Source: Escherichia coli O127:H6 str. E2348/69 (lineage in GTDB: Bacteria > Pseudomonadota > Gammaproteobacteria > Enterobacterales > Enterobacteriaceae). From it: a stretch of 64,000 nt of DNA. The DNA lies in assembly GCF_000026545.1 (NCBI RefSeq), contig NC_011601.1. One strand, 5' to 3'. Both the position numbers and the translations under genes were made by a program. This document shows, piece after piece, positions 9,319 through 26,417 of the stretch. The notes under the pieces were generated by a model, which saw only the letters and a list, made by a program, of their open reading frames with translations, was not told the DNA's origin and ran no database searches. Each line of letters opens with the position of its first letter. The stretch's first letter is position 1.

Positions 9319-12300
9319 TTACCCCAACTGCTTACGTGCATTGCGGAAAATGCGCATCCATGGGCCATCCTCGCCCCAGTTTTCCGGATGCCAGGAGTTG
9401 CTGACAGTACGGAAAACACGTTCCGGGTGCGGCATCATAATGGTGACTCGACCACTTTCAGTCGTGACTGCCGTAATACCGTTCGGTGAACCGTTCGGGT
9501 TAGCCGGGTAGGTTTCAGTGACTTTGCCGAAGTTATCGACATAGCGCAGTGCCACCAGCCCTTTGCTTTCCAGTGCCGCCAGATGCGCCGCATCGCGCAC
9601 TTCAACGCGCCCTTCACCGTGAGAGACAGCAATCGGCATCTGCGAGCCCACCATCCCCTGCAACAGCAGCGACGGGCTTTGGGTTACTTCTACCAGACTG
9701 AAACGCGCTTCAAAGCGATCGGAGGTGTTACGCACAAAACGTGGCCACAACTCGCTACCTGGGATCAGTTCACGCAGATTAGACATCATCTGGCAACCGT
9801 TACATACCCCCAGCGCCAGCGTTTGCGGACGATGGAAGAAGGTTGCAAACTCATCGCGTACACGGTCATTGAACAGGATAGACTTCGCCCAACCTTCACC
9901 AGCGCCCAGCACATCACCGTAGGAAAAACCACCGCACGCGACCAGGGCGTGGAAACCCTCCAGGCCCGTGCGTCCAGCCAGCAGATCGCTCATATGCACG
10001 TCGATAGCATCGAAGCCTGCACGGTGGAAAGCTGCCGCCATTTCAACATGCGAGTTCACGCCCTGCTCACGCAGCACGGCAACTTTCGGGCGCGCGCCAG
10101 TGGCAATAAACGGTGCTGCCACATCTTCGTTGATATCGAACGACAGTTTTACATTCAGGCCCGGATCGGCGTCGTTTGATTTCGCCTGGTGCTCCTGGTC
10201 AGCACACTCCGGGTTGTCACGCAGGCGCTGCATCTGCCAGGTAGTTTCTGCCCACCAGACACGCAACGTGGTGCGGCTTTCGCTAAATACAGTCTGCCCG
10301 TTGGCGGTAATCACAAAACGGTCACCGGAAACCGCCTGCCCAACATAATGGACGCAATCAGCAAGCCCATGCTGTGCCAGTACCGCTTCAACGGCTTCAC
10401 GGTCAGCGGCTCGCACCTGAATCACCGCACCCAGTTCTTCGCTAAACAATGCAGCCAGGCGATCGTCACCCAGAGTGGCGATATCCGCGTCAATGCCACA
10501 ATGACCAGCAAAGGCCATTTCCGCCAGCGTTACCAGCAGGCCGCCATCAGAGCGGTCGTGATACGCCAGCAGCTTACGCTGTGCAACCAGCGCCTGAATC
10601 GCGTCATAGAAGCCTTTCAGTTGGGCAACATCGCGTACATCTGCCGGTTTGTCGCCAAGCTGACGATAAACCTGCGCCAGTGCCGTTGCGCCCAGCGCGT
10701 TATTGCCTTTGCCCAAATCAATCAGCAACAGTGCGTTATCTTCGGTAGAAAGCTGCGGCGTAATGGTGTGACGTACATCTTCCACGCGGGCAAATGCGGA
10801 AATCACCAGCGACAACGGCGACGTCATTTCGCGCTCTTCGTTACCTTCCTGCCAGCGGGTTTTCATCGACATAGAGTCTTTACCCACCGGTATCGTCAGG
10901 CCCAGCGCCGGACAAAGTTCTTCGCCCACAGCTTTAACGGCTTCATACAGGCCCGCATCTTCACCAGGGTGGCCTGCCGCCGCCATCCAGTTGGCGGAAA
11001 GTTTAATGCGTTTGATATCGCCAATTTGTGTTGCGGCGATGTTGGTTAGCGCTTCACCGACTGCCAGACGGGCAGAAGCGGCGAAATCCAGCAGCGCAAC
11101 TGGCGCACGTTCGCCAATTGCCATCGCTTCGCCATAGTAGCTGTCGAGGCTGGCGGTAGTGACCGCGCAGTTAGCGACCGGCACCTGCCACGGCCCCACC
11201 ATCTGATCGCGCGCCACCATGCCGGTTACGCTGCGGTCACCGATGGTCACCAGGAAAGTTTTCTCCGCCACGGTCGGCAGATGCAGCACGCGTTTCACCG
11301 CGTCAGCGATGGTGATCCCTTCACGGGCCAGCGCGTCGCCTTTCGCTTTCAGCGTTTGTACATCGCGGGTCATCTTCGGCGTTTTGCCAAGCAGTACGTC
11401 CAGCGGTAGATCAATCGGCTGATTATCAAAATGACGATCGTGCAAAGAAAGATGCAGTTCTTCGGTCGCTTCACCAATCACCGCGTAGGGTGCGCGCTCA
11501 CGCTTACACAGTTCGTCAAACAGCGGTAACTGATCGGCAGCAACCGCCAGCACGTAGCGTTCCTGGGATTCGTTACACCAGATTTCCAGCGGGCTCATGC
11601 CCGGTTCGTCGCTCAGGATATCGCGCAGTTCAAATTTACCGCCGCGCCCGCCGTCGCTCACCAGTTCCGGCATGGCGTTAGAAAGACCGCCTGCGCCAAC
11701 GTCGTGGATAAACAGGATTGGGTTGGCATCACCAAGCTGCCAGCAACGGTCGATCACTTCCTGGCAGCGACGCTCCATCTCCGGGTTGTCGCGCTGTACG
11801 GAAGCAAAGTCGAGGTCGGCATCAGACTGACCAGATGCCATGGAAGACGCCGCGCCGCCGCCAAGACCGATGTTCATTGCCGGGCCGCCGAGAACGACCA
11901 GCTTCGCACCAACGTTGATCTCGCCTTTTTGTACGTGATCGGCGCGAATGTTGCCGATCCCACCCGCCAGCATGATCGGTTTGTGATAACCGCGCAGCTC
12001 TTCGCCATTGTGGCTGTTCACTTTTTCTTCATAAGTACGGAAGTAGCCGTTCAGTGCCGGACGACCAAATTCGTTGTTAAACGCCGCACCGCCCAGCGGG
12101 CCTTCGGTCATGATGTCCAGCGCGGTAACAATGCGCTCAGGTTTACCGAAATCTTCTTCCCACGGCTGTTCGAAGCCAGGAATTCGCAGGTTGGATACGG
12201 AGAAACCAACCAGACCGGCTTTCGGCTTTGCGCCACGTCCGGTGGCACCTTCATCGCGGATTTCACCGCCGGAACCGGTCGCCGCGCCCGGCCACGGAGA

Positions 12301-13206
12301 AATCGCCGTCGGGTGGTTGTGAGTTTCGACTTTCATCAGAATATGCGCCGGTTCCTGATGGAAATCGTAGCGGCCCGTTTCGTGGTCAGCAAAGTAGCGG
12401 CCCACTTCAGAACCTTCCATTACGGCGGCGTTATCTTTATAAGCAGAGAGAACGTGATCCGGCGTGGTTTCGAAGGTGTTTTTGATCATCTTAAATAGCG
12501 ATTTCGGCTGCTGTTCACCATCGATAACCCAGTCGGCGTTAAAAATTTTGTGGCGGCAGTGCTCGGAATTCGCCTGGGCAAACATATACAGTTCGATGTC
12601 GTTCGGGTTACGACCAAGCTTTGTGAAAGCATCCTGCAAATAGTCAATTTCATCTTCCGCCAGTGCCAGGCCAAGACGCAGGTTAGCGTCGATTAGCGCC
12701 TGACGGCCCTGCCCCAGCAAATCAACGCTGGTGACCGGAGTCGGTTGATGGTGTGCAAACAGCTGCTCTGCATCATCTAAAGCAAAAAAGACCGTTTCCA
12801 TCATGCGGTCGTGCAGTTCAGCGGTAACCTGCTGCCATTGTTCATTGGTCAGCGTACCGGCTTCTATATAGTAAGCCACGCCGCGCTCAAGGCGGTTTAC
12901 CTGTTGCAGCCCGCAGTTATGGGCAATATCGGTCGCTTTCGAAGACCAGGGAGAGATGGTGCCAGGACGCGGGGTCACCAGCAGGAGTTTGCCTTGCGGG
13001 GCGTGGCTGGCGAGTGCCGGGCCATATTTCAGCAGGCGTTCAAGTTGTGCGTGCTCATCATCGTTTAACGGCGCATTGAGGTCAGCAAAATGGACATACT
13101 CGGCGTAAATAGTGTGAACCGGGAGCCTGGCAGCCTGAAAACGTGCCAGCAGTTTGTTGATTCGGAATGCCGACAATGCAGGCGAACCACGCAGAATTTC
13201 CATCAT
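9319..13206 (-). CDS. purL: Phosphoribosylformylglycinamidine synthase (1295 aa)
   Basis: ORF track 9319..13362; start placed at [20 protein letters not shown] giving 1295 aa; C-terminal glutamine amidotransferase domain. Confidence 0.97.
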   Translation of the reverse strand: MMEILRGSPALSAFRINKLLARFQAARLPVHTIYAEYVHFADLNAPLNDDEHAQLERLLKYGPALASHAPQGKLLLVTPRPGTISPWSSKATDIAHNCGLQQVNRLERGVAYYIEAGTLTNEQWQQVTAELHDRMMETVFFALDDAEQLFAHHQPTPVTSVDLLGQGRQALIDANLRLGLALAEDEIDYLQDAFTKLGRNPNDIELYMFAQANSEHCRHKIFNADWVIDGEQQPKSLFKMIKNTFETTPDHVLSAYKDNAAVMEGSEVGRYFADHETGRYDFHQEPAHILMKVETHNHPTAISPWPGAATGSGGEIRDEGATGRGAKPKAGLVGFSVSNLRIPGFEQPWEEDFGKPERIVTALDIMTEGPLGGAAFNNEFGRPALNGYFRTYEEKVNSHNGEELRGYHKPIMLAGGIGNIRADHVQKGEINVGAKLVVLGGPAMNIGLGGGAASSMASGQSDADLDFASVQRDNPEMERRCQEVIDRCWQLGDANPILFIHDVGAGGLSNAMPELVSDGGRGGKFELRDILSDEPGMSPLEIWCNESQERYVLAVAADQLPLFDELCKRERAPYAVIGEATEELHLSLHDRHFDNQPIDLPLDVLLGKTPKMTRDVQTLKAKGDALAREGITIADAVKRVLHLPTVAEKTFLVTIGDRSVTGMVARDQMVGPWQVPVANCAVTTASLDSYYGEAMAIGERAPVALLDFAASARLAVGEALTNIAATQIGDIKRIKLSANWMAAAGHPGEDAGLYEAVKAVGEELCPALGLTIPVGKDSMSMKTRWQEGNEEREMTSPLSLVISAFARVEDVRHTITPQLSTEDNALLLIDLGKGNNALGATALAQVYRQLGDKPADVRDVAQLKGFYDAIQALVAQRKLLAYHDRSDGGLLVTLAEMAFAGHCGIDADIATLGDDRLAALFSEELGAVIQVRAADREAVEAVLAQHGLADCVHYVGQAVSGDRFVITANGQTVFSESRTTLRVWWAETTWQMQRLRDNPECADQEHQAKSNDADPGLNVKLSFDINEDVAAPFIATGARPKVAVLREQGVNSHVEMAAAFHRAGFDAIDVHMSDLLAGRTGLEGFHALVACGGFSYGDVLGAGEGWAKSILFNDRVRDEFATFFHRPQTLALGVCNGCQMMSNLRELIPGSELWPRFVRNTSDRFEARFSLVEVTQSPSLLLQGMVGSQMPIAVSHGEGRVEVRDAAHLAALESKGLVALRYVDNFGKVTETYPANPNGSPNGITAVTTESGRVTIMMPHPERVFRTVSNSWHPENWGEDGPWMRIFRNARKQLG

Positions 13207-13283
13207 AAGTCTCTCGTCTTCTAAGCTTTCGGTGTACCCAAGGGGGGGGAAACGGGCGTCATTATAAAGAATCTGATGCGCTG

Positions 13284-13299
13284 ACGAAACCGTTTGCGT
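13284..13299 (-). promoter_or_regulatory. PurR operator (pur box) upstream of purL
   Basis: Reverse complement ACGCAAACGGTTTCGT matches the pur-box consensus ACGCAAACGTTTTCGT. Confidence 0.7.
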
Positions 13300-13464
13300 G
13301 GAAATAAAATCACCATCGTGAATTAGCAACGCGTGCCGCCAATGGCTGTAATAAGTTGCCAACTGGCGCAGGTTTACGCAAAATGCCGCTCATTTATGAG
13401 TAAACCTTTCACTATTATTACGTTTTTTCAAGCTGGGACGCGCACGACACAGAGAATTAACTAA

Positions 13465-15566
<2,102 letters not shown>

Positions 15567-15578
15567 CTATGCTTTACT

Positions 15579-16214
15579 CTATTCCAGTTGCTGGAGTTCA
15601 CCGCGCGGGGTTACTCGCCAACGATGCTGACAGAAATAAAGCAGCGGGTTGTCCTGATTACTGTCGCTATAGCCACTGTACAGCCGCAGCGGCGTGCCGA
15701 TTTTGCGCTCCAGTTGCGCGACCTTTTCATGTCCCAGACAACGCATCGTCAATACCCAACCACCATAGCCACGCTGAATCTGACTGGCGATAAGATTAAC
15801 CCGCGGCAGCCAGGGCGTATCGAAATAAACCGCTTCAACCAGCGACTGCGGAGAGCCGGTAATCAACCAGATATCAGCATCGGAACTTAACAGGTAGGTG
15901 GTTAATCGCTCCTGAACCAGCGGAAAGGCGGTAACATTGTCACGAAACCAACGTACGAAATCGGCCTGCAACGCCTGCAAACGCGCTTCATTGTGACCAA
16001 AAGTGCATCCCCACAGAAGCAGACTCATCGGCCAGCGTGCCGCACGACCTTTTATCAATAACGCAATGGCTATGATCGGCAACAACGGCAGAACAAGTAA
16101 CGCATTCAGCGGTTGGCGACGCAGTAAATAACGCAAAAAACTGCCGAACATATCCTGCTGATGCAATGTTCCATCTAAGTCAAAAAACACCACACGACGC
16201 TCGTGAGTTGCCAA
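15579..16214 (-). CDS. pgpC: Phosphatidylglycerophosphatase C (211 aa)
   Basis: ORF track 15579..16214; HAD-like DLDGT motif (VVFFDLDGTLHQQD). Confidence 0.9.
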   Translation of the reverse strand: MATHERRVVFFDLDGTLHQQDMFGSFLRYLLRRQPLNALLVLPLLPIIAIALLIKGRAARWPMSLLLWGCTFGHNEARLQALQADFVRWFRDNVTAFPLVQERLTTYLLSSDADIWLITGSPQSLVEAVYFDTPWLPRVNLIASQIQRGYGGWVLTMRCLGHEKVAQLERKIGTPLRLYSGYSDSNQDNPLLYFCQHRWRVTPRGELQQLE

Positions 16215-16422
16215 ACCATACTCCTCTGGACTGAAACATCCTGATTAATTTTCGCTACTACATAGCCTAACAGATAGATCATCACTTTTCCGGCAACAAT
16301 CGACCGCATCATGGCTAACTGGAATTTTTAATTCATGGCAATTAGCGGCAATGGAATATAAAATTCACTCGCGTTTGTCTCATATTGCCTGTTGTCGCCA
16401 CTATTTCATCGCGAGGAAAGAT

Positions 16423-17271
16423 ATGAACGGCTTACTTCGTATCCGTCAGCGTTACCAGGGGCTTGCCCAGAGTGATAAAAAACTGGCGGATTATCTGCTG
16501 CTACAACCTGATACGGCGCGCCATTTAAGCTCTCAGCAACTGGCCAACGAAGCCGGAGTCAGTCAGTCCAGCGTCGTGAAGTTCGCGCAAAAACTCGGCT
16601 ATAAAGATTTTCCGGCACTAAAGTTGGCGTTGAGTGAAGCGCTGGCAAGCCAGCCGGAATCTCCCTCCGTGCCCATTCATAACCAAATCCGCGGTGATGA
16701 TCCGTTACGGCTGGTCGGCGAAAAACTGATTAAAGAAAATACTGCCGCTATGTACGCAACGTTAAACGTTAATAGTGAAGAGAAACTGCATGAATGCGTG
16801 GCAATGTTGCGCTCTGCGCGGCGGATAATTCTGACCGGTATTGGCGCTTCGGGTCTGGTGGCGCAAAACTTTGCCTGGAAGCTGATGAAGATTGGCTTCA
16901 ATGCTGCCGCAGTGCGCGATATGCATGCGCTACTCGCTACAGTACAGGCGTCGTCCCCTGACGATCTGTTATTAGCCATTTCCTACACCGGTGTACGACG
17001 CGAGTTAAACCTGGCGGCAGATGAGATGCTGCGAGTGGGCGGAAAAGTGCTGGCTATTACCGGCTTTACTCCCAATGCCCTGCAACAGCGTGCTTCTCAT
17101 TGCCTGTATACCATTGCCGAAGAACAAGCGACAAACAGTGCTTCAATCTCTGCTTGTCACGCGCAGGGAATGTTAACGGATTTGCTGTTCATTGCGCTGA
17201 TTCAGCAGGATCTGGAACTGGCACCAGAACGTATTCGTCATAGCGAAGCGCTGGTGAAAAAACTGGTCTGA
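16423..17271 (+). CDS. yfhH: RpiR/MurR-family transcriptional regulator (282 aa)
   Basis: ORF track 16351..17271; N-terminal HTH and SIS domain; start placed at MNGLLRIRQRYQG giving 282 aa. Confidence 0.88.
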   Translation: MNGLLRIRQRYQGLAQSDKKLADYLLLQPDTARHLSSQQLANEAGVSQSSVVKFAQKLGYKDFPALKLALSEALASQPESPSVPIHNQIRGDDPLRLVGEKLIKENTAAMYATLNVNSEEKLHECVAMLRSARRIILTGIGASGLVAQNFAWKLMKIGFNAAAVRDMHALLATVQASSPDDLLLAISYTGVRRELNLAADEMLRVGGKVLAITGFTPNALQQRASHCLYTIAEEQATNSASISACHAQGMLTDLLFIALIQQDLELAPERIRHSEALVKKLV

Positions 17272-17290
17272 GTAAAGAATGCGCGTATAA

Positions 17291-17587
<297 letters not shown>

Positions 17588-17780
17588 TATTCTGCTCTGG
17601 AAGTAGAGTGTTAATTATTTTATAGGAAAATCTTAACGCTATTATATTTATTTAAATGATGATATTAGCATAATGATTCACTAAGTTAATTTATATAGTA
17701 TCTGCCCAGACACTTATTTATAGTTATTAAAGGCGCGTCCGATTGGTTCACCGGACGCACCTTAAGTACGTTTCCTTGTG

Positions 17781-17861
17781 TTATAAGAACAAAAGGAGCA
17801 GCTGTAAAACAGCAATGATGATTTTGATGACCCGTTTAATCAGGTATCGGCAATCAGTCAT
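17781..17861 (-). CDS. shoB: Type I toxin small membrane peptide ShoB (26 aa)
   Basis: Reverse-strand ORF atgactgattgccgatacctgattaaacgggtcatc... translates to MTDCRYLIKRVIKIIIAVLQLLLLFL; hydrophobic 26-mer recognised as ShoB; not in the ORF track because of its size. Confidence 0.85.
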   Translation of the reverse strand: MTDCRYLIKRVIKIIIAVLQLLLLFL

Positions 17862-18179
17862 TCGTTTTTCCTTAAACAAGGAATGCAGCCGTTCAGATTA
17901 GCCCTTACATCTCCCCAAAACTGAACGTGCGAGTTATTGGAATCGAGTGCTGCACTCCACACCAGAGCTTTGACGACACCACTCGTTTCAATGGGGGAAT
18001 TCAGTGGCATGGTGTAAAGCACAGCAAAATTGCCAATAACGAAACCGATTTTAATGTACTTATCAAAAAGCGGTCACGTTAATCTTTTCATCAATGTCGA
18101 TTTCTTCGTAAAGGCTCGCGTTTTTTATGTCAGAGATTGCAAGTTGCTTGTACAGGTCAACGAAATTGATCCATAATCA

Positions 18180-18262
18180 TTTTCGTTGGAATCGTGTGCT
18201 GCACAAAATTAAAGTTAAAAAGTAAAACCCCCGTTCCTTACCAGTTCGGGGGTTTTACTTTA
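18180..18262 (+). ncRNA. ohsC: Candidate antitoxin sRNA OhsC (approximate ends), ending at hairpin aaaacccccg...cgggggtttt plus T-run
   Basis: A 19 nt segment (18186-18204) is an 18/19 direct repeat of 17937-17955 in the shoB 5' UTR, so a plus-strand transcript here is complementary to shoB mRNA; a possible -10 (cataat, about 18170) and an intrinsic terminator at 18226-18262 bracket it. Ends are inferred. Confidence 0.5.
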
Positions 18263-18281
18263 TAAAGAGAACGGTATTATT

Positions 18282-18662
18282 TTAACTTTCAATAATTACC
18301 GTGGCACAAGCATAGTGGCGCTCATCGGCAAGCGTTACATGCATATTTACAACGCCGAGCTTTTCCGCCAGTTTTAATGCCTCACCCCATAGCCGTAGCC
18401 GTGGTTTGCCGAGCTCATCATTGAATACTTCAAACTGATTAAACGCCAGACCATTGCGGATCCCTGTGCCAAATGCTTTTGCCGCCGCTTCTTTCACAGC
18501 AAAACGCTTCGCCAGAAAACGCACTGGCTGGTGGTGCGTTTTCCAGATTTCCCATTCGTTATCGCTTAATACGCGGCGTGCCAGGCGTTCACCGGATCGG
18601 GCGATCACCGCTTCTATGCGAGCGATCTCCACAATATCCGTACCTAAACCTAATATTGCCAT
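18282..18662 (-). CDS. acpS: Holo-ACP synthase (126 aa)
   Basis: ORF track 18282..18662; [32 protein letters not shown]. Confidence 0.96.
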   Translation of the reverse strand: MAILGLGTDIVEIARIEAVIARSGERLARRVLSDNEWEIWKTHHQPVRFLAKRFAVKEAAAKAFGTGIRNGLAFNQFEVFNDELGKPRLRLWGEALKLAEKLGVVNMHVTLADERHYACATVIIES

Positions 18663-19393
18663 TAGCCACGCGCTTCCAGCATCAGACGCTTCATTTCTGC
18701 CACCGCATCTTTCAGTCCGGTCATCACTGCACGACCAATAATGGCATGACCGATATTCAGTTCATGCATCTCAGGGATGGCAGCAATAGCTTTCACGTTG
18801 TGATAGGTCAGACCGTGACCAGCGTTAACTTTCAGACCGAGACTGGCGGCAAAGGTCGCGGCTTTGGCGATACGCGCCAGCTCTTGCGCCTGTTCGGCGT
18901 CAGTTTTGGCATCAGCATAGCAACCTGTGTGGATCTCGATAAACGGTGCGCCAACCTCTGCCGCAGCTTTGATCTGCTCTTCATCGGCGTCGATAAACAG
19001 AGAAACCTGGATCCCGGCCTCCGCCAGACGTTTACAGGCATCGCGCATTTTGTCACGCTGCCCTGCGACGTCCAGGCCGCCTTCGGTTGTTACTTCCTGA
19101 CGCTTTTCCGGTACCAGACAGCAAAAATGTGGCTTCGTCTCAACGGCGATCGCCAGCATCTCTTCGGTCACCGCCATCTCCAGATTCATGCGGGTATCCA
19201 GCGTCTGACGCAGGATGCGCACATCGCGGTCGGTAATGTGGCGGCGATCTTCACGTAAATGCACGGTAATGCCGTCTGCTCCCGCCTGCTCGGCAATAAA
19301 CGCCGCCTGCACCGGATCCGGGTAAGCAGTACCGCGTGCGTTACGCAGCGTTGCAATATGGTCAATGTTGACGCCTAACAGTAATTCAGCCAT
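18662..19393 (-). CDS. pdxJ: Pyridoxine 5'-phosphate synthase (243 aa)
   Basis: ORF track 18662..19408; start placed at [21 protein letters not shown]; stop overlaps acpS start. Confidence 0.96.
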   Translation of the reverse strand: MAELLLGVNIDHIATLRNARGTAYPDPVQAAFIAEQAGADGITVHLREDRRHITDRDVRILRQTLDTRMNLEMAVTEEMLAIAVETKPHFCCLVPEKRQEVTTEGGLDVAGQRDKMRDACKRLAEAGIQVSLFIDADEEQIKAAAEVGAPFIEIHTGCYADAKTDAEQAQELARIAKAATFAASLGLKVNAGHGLTYHNVKAIAAIPEMHELNIGHAIIGRAVMTGLKDAVAEMKRLMLEARG

Positions 19394-19404
19394 GACAATC
19401 CTCA

Positions 19405-20133
19405 TCATTCATAATGTGTTTTCACCGTTCGCTTAGGCATAAACTGCCGGAACAGTTCCCTGCTCTTTAATGGTTTACCGCCAAGATACGGCTTAAGCGC
19501 CATGCGGGTAAAGCGTTTCGCGGCGCGCAGTGTGTCTGCGTCAGGAAATTCCCGCGCGTTTAACGCTTTTAACTGCCTTCCGGTGAACGTTTTATTGTCG
19601 ATAACGACGCTTGCGATAAACCCTTTTTCTTCGCGATAACGATACGTCATGGTGTCATCTACCGGCTCGCCGCTACCCACACAATGGGTAAAATTGACGC
19701 CATAGCCCAGATGCCCGAGCAGTGCCAGTTCAAAGCGGCGCAGCGCGGGTTCTGGCGTACCAGTGGCACCTGCAAGTGACTGAATGCAGTGCAAGTAATC
19801 GAAAAAGAGTTCAGAGAAGCGCGTCTCGTATTCCAGTACGCGGGAGAGAAGTTCGTTGATGTACAGACCGCTGTAAAGCGTGATACCGCTTAATGGCAGC
19901 GCCAGCGAGACGGCTTCAGCACTGCGCAGCGTTTTTACTTCGCCACGCCCGCCGAAACGTAGCAAGAGAGGGGTGAAAGGCTGTAATGCACCTTTCAGAG
20001 TAGAGCGTTTAGAGCGTGCGCCTTTGGCAACCAGACGCACGCGACCCGATTCCTCCGTGAAGACGTCCAGCATCAGGCTGGTTTCGCTCCACGGGCGACT
20101 ATGCAGGACAAATGCGCGCTGCCAGCCTTCCAT
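19405..20133 (-). CDS. recO: DNA repair protein RecO (242 aa)
   Basis: ORF track 19405..20133; [41 protein letters not shown]. Confidence 0.96.
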   Translation of the reverse strand: MEGWQRAFVLHSRPWSETSLMLDVFTEESGRVRLVAKGARSKRSTLKGALQPFTPLLLRFGGRGEVKTLRSAEAVSLALPLSGITLYSGLYINELLSRVLEYETRFSELFFDYLHCIQSLAGATGTPEPALRRFELALLGHLGYGVNFTHCVGSGEPVDDTMTYRYREEKGFIASVVIDNKTFTGRQLKALNAREFPDADTLRAAKRFTRMALKPYLGGKPLKSRELFRQFMPKRTVKTHYE

Positions 20134-20144
20134 CGGAGTTACTC

Positions 20145-21757
<1,613 letters not shown>

Positions 21758-21997
21758 TCAGCACACGAAACAGACCTGATATACATGGCTCGGCTAACTG
21801 CTTCACTGCAGTTTCAGTTTACCGGTATATGGGGACCAACGCTGTTTCGTGTGCCGTGGCAACCTGGAGGTGCCAACCTTAAACTTCGGGGGAATATTCT
21901 ATACACAACGACGGGGGATGTCGTTAGCCACGGGAGATTTATCTCATAAATAATTCACGTTGTCGCCATAACGGCGACAACGTGACGAAGATGGCTA

Positions 21998-22972
21998 TTA
22001 ATGGATACCGCCAATGCGACTTAAGCGCACACCAGTCGGCCATTCGCCTTCTTGCTTATCGAAGCTCATCCAGATAGCCGTTGCCCGACCGACCAGATTC
22101 GCTTCAGGCACAAAGCCCCAGTAACGGCTGTCCGCGCTGTTGTCGCGGTTGTCGCCCATCATGAAGTATTGTCCCGGCGGAACAATCCAGGTTGCCAGTT
22201 GTTGCCCTGGCTGCTGGTAATACATCCCCACCTGGTCCTGCGCAATCGGCACTGTCAGAATGCGGTGCGTCACATCACCCAATGTCTCTTTACGCTCGGA
22301 AAGACGAATTCCATTTTCTTTGGTTTCGTTTTTCGGCACTTCAAAGAATCCGCTGGTCGCTTCCCCACCATTACGGCGTGAGAAGGTCTGAACGAAATCG
22401 CTCGGTTCCACGTTGGAGTAAGTGACCGGTAGCGCGTTTTCGCACGCCTGGCCGGAACTGCATCCCGGTTGAATCGTCAGCTCTTTTGAGACCGGATCAT
22501 AAGTGACTTTATCGCCCGGCAAACCCACCGCGCGCTTGATGTAATCAAGCTTTGGATCTTCCGGATATTTAAAGACCACGATATCGCCGCGTTTCGGATG
22601 ACCGGTTTCGATCAGCGTTTTCTGGTAGATAGGATCTTTAATGCCATAAGCAAACTTCTCTACCAGAATAAAATCACCGATTAACAGAGTCGGCATCATC
22701 GAACCTGACGGGATCTGGAACGGTTCATAAATAAACGAACGCACAATCAATACGATAGCCAGCACCGGAAAAACAGAAGCACCGGTTTCCAGCCAGCCAG
22801 GCTTCGGCGCAACTTTCTTCAGCGTTGCTTTATCCAGTGAGTCACCGGCAGCCGCCTGCGCCGCTGCCTGACGTTCCCGCCGTTTAGGTGCGAAAAAGAA
22901 TTTATCCACGCACCATAAAATGCCCGTCACCAGTGTGGCAATCACCAGAATCAGGGCAAACATATTCGCCAT
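21998..22972 (-). CDS. lepB: Signal peptidase I (324 aa)
   Basis: ORF track 21998..22972; catalytic Ser box (IPSGSMMPTL) and Lys box. Confidence 0.97.
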   Translation of the reverse strand: MANMFALILVIATLVTGILWCVDKFFFAPKRRERQAAAQAAAGDSLDKATLKKVAPKPGWLETGASVFPVLAIVLIVRSFIYEPFQIPSGSMMPTLLIGDFILVEKFAYGIKDPIYQKTLIETGHPKRGDIVVFKYPEDPKLDYIKRAVGLPGDKVTYDPVSKELTIQPGCSSGQACENALPVTYSNVEPSDFVQTFSRRNGGEATSGFFEVPKNETKENGIRLSERKETLGDVTHRILTVPIAQDQVGMYYQQPGQQLATWIVPPGQYFMMGDNRDNSADSRYWGFVPEANLVGRATAIWMSFDKQEGEWPTGVRLSRIGGIH

Positions 22973-22987
22973 GCCAACTCCTAAGGG

Positions 22988-24787
<1,800 letters not shown>

Positions 24788-24984
24788 AAAGTATGATTAT
24801 TGTGCCTTAATGCCCGGTTAACCAGGCTTTTAGAAGTCGCTGTTCTGAGCTTAACGTCTGTATTAATAGAAACGCCGCATTCTACACTACAACATTGAGG
24901 CGAGGAAATGTTCATACCGTATGGATTGTGGTATCTGGAAACGTCCTCGCATTTGTTATGCAAAATGCAACAAAGCCAGTGAAA

Positions 24985-25464
24985 TCACTGGCTCGCGTCT
25001 TCCGAAGATGTTTCAAATCGCACAAGGCCAGGCGGCAATGCCACGCTTAAGATGATCGGTTGCCATTCAGACCGGGCAGCAAACTTTCGAGAGCAGCCAC
25101 GTGCAATCAGGAATCCACCAACGCCACCGAGAATCGCACCGCATAATGCTGCAATATCTGAAGCAAAGAGTAGCTGAAATAGTGAAGCGATGAGGAATAG
25201 TCCCATCAACGGCGACATATAAACCAGTAATGCGGAGCTAAGCAGGCTGCCTTCGGCGATTCCTAATTCTACTTTTTGCCCCGGCACTAACGGCTCATCA
25301 CAGGGTACGACAATGGTATGCGTGGTTTGCGGGCCAAGTTTATTCAACACGCGGCTACCGCAACCGGCACGTGAAGCGCAGCTGCTGCATGAGGCTTTAA
25401 CATCACAACTGACCAGCGCCTGCCCGTTTTCCCAGGAGACGACGGTAGCCCACTCTTTGATCAT
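24985..25464 (-). CDS. rseC: SoxR-reducing system / sigma-E regulatory protein RseC (159 aa)
   Basis: ORF track 24985..25464; operon position after rseB. Confidence 0.93.
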   Translation of the reverse strand: MIKEWATVVSWENGQALVSCDVKASCSSCASRAGCGSRVLNKLGPQTTHTIVVPCDEPLVPGQKVELGIAEGSLLSSALLVYMSPLMGLFLIASLFQLLFASDIAALCGAILGGVGGFLIARGCSRKFAARSEWQPIILSVALPPGLVRFETSSEDASQ

Positions 25465-26417
25465 TGCGCTGCCCCGAACTTAATATTCTCGGCAATGCGT
25501 TTCGCCGTTTGCGGCGGCAGTTCACCGACAATGGTGATTTCGGCGTTATCACGTACGCTTGTACTGACGGTTCTGCGTCCGGTGCGCAACATCTGATCGG
25601 TGCTCGATGGCGTAGCGCGGTTAACGTTTACCGAAAAGCTGAATAATCCGTCGGAATAGAGACGTGATTCGATAGGCATGTTGTCCATCGTCGGTAGCGG
25701 ACGTCGGCTACTGGAAACTTCGCTAAAACCCTGTGGCAACCAGGTTGGCGTCCAGCTGAATTTAGCTTTTTCACCTACAGGAACAGAAAGCAACGGCGGC
25801 AAATTTGCCTTCGCCAGCGTCTGCATACTGCTGCTGATATCCTGATTGACATTAAAAGCAATCACGCGAAATTGTTCCAGCGTTTCACCATCGCGATCAA
25901 GGAGATCAACCCTCATCGGTAATTTCGATTCGGTGTCCATCCACACGATGTAGCTGTAGCGTGTACCATCTCGGGCAACCACGCGAATAACTTCGCAAAG
26001 ACGATCAGCAATACGCGTGCGCCCGACGGAGATAAAGTCGTAGTAAGGAGAAAGGCGTTTGAAATCGGTATAGATGAGCGATGGCAGAGAATCAACAATG
26101 TAATCGCCATTAAGCGTGAACGGTTCAAGTCCCGGTTCAAAATAGCTGATTTCATTGCCGCGCTGTACCACTTCCCGGCGCGGGCCATCCATTTGCAACA
26201 ATTGTGCAAGAGGACGGTTATCGAGGCGTGCATGTCGATAACGCAGAGACTCAACACCCTGTTTATTGATGCTGATGAATGACAGCTCGTAATTCAGTGA
26301 CTGACTGGCCAGGTTCATCTGCTGTAATAACGCCCCGGACGCGGGAGTGGCCGAGGCGTTAGCAGAGAATAACAGGCTACCTGTCACTAATGACATGGCA
26401 AACCAAAGTTGCTTCAT
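25461..26417 (-). CDS. rseB: Sigma-E regulatory protein RseB (318 aa)
   Basis: ORF track 25461..26417; signal peptide MKQLWFAMSLVTGSLLFSANASA; operon position. Confidence 0.95.
   Translation of the reverse strand: MKQLWFAMSLVTGSLLFSANASATPASGALLQQMNLASQSLNYELSFISINKQGVESLRYRHARLDNRPLAQLLQMDGPRREVVQRGNEISYFEPGLEPFTLNGDYIVDSLPSLIYTDFKRLSPYYDFISVGRTRIADRLCEVIRVVARDGTRYSYIVWMDTESKLPMRVDLLDRDGETLEQFRVIAFNVNQDISSSMQTLAKANLPPLLSVPVGEKAKFSWTPTWLPQGFSEVSSSRRPLPTMDNMPIESRLYSDGLFSFSVNVNRATPSSTDQMLRTGRRTVSTSVRDNAEITIVGELPPQTAKRIAENIKFGAAQ

Noticed and set aside
10189-12498. Long plus-strand ORFs (10189..11049, 11704..12498 and others) inside purL
   Set aside because: They lie antisense to a conserved, full-length purL; translations are low-complexity and Arg-rich with no recognisable domains or RBS; typical shadow ORFs in GC-rich coding DNA.
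17590-17760. AT-rich stretch between yfhL and shoB as possible horizontally acquired DNA
   Set aside because: It is short, contains no ORFs, and sits where the shoB 3' end and terminator are expected; compositional bias alone is insufficient.
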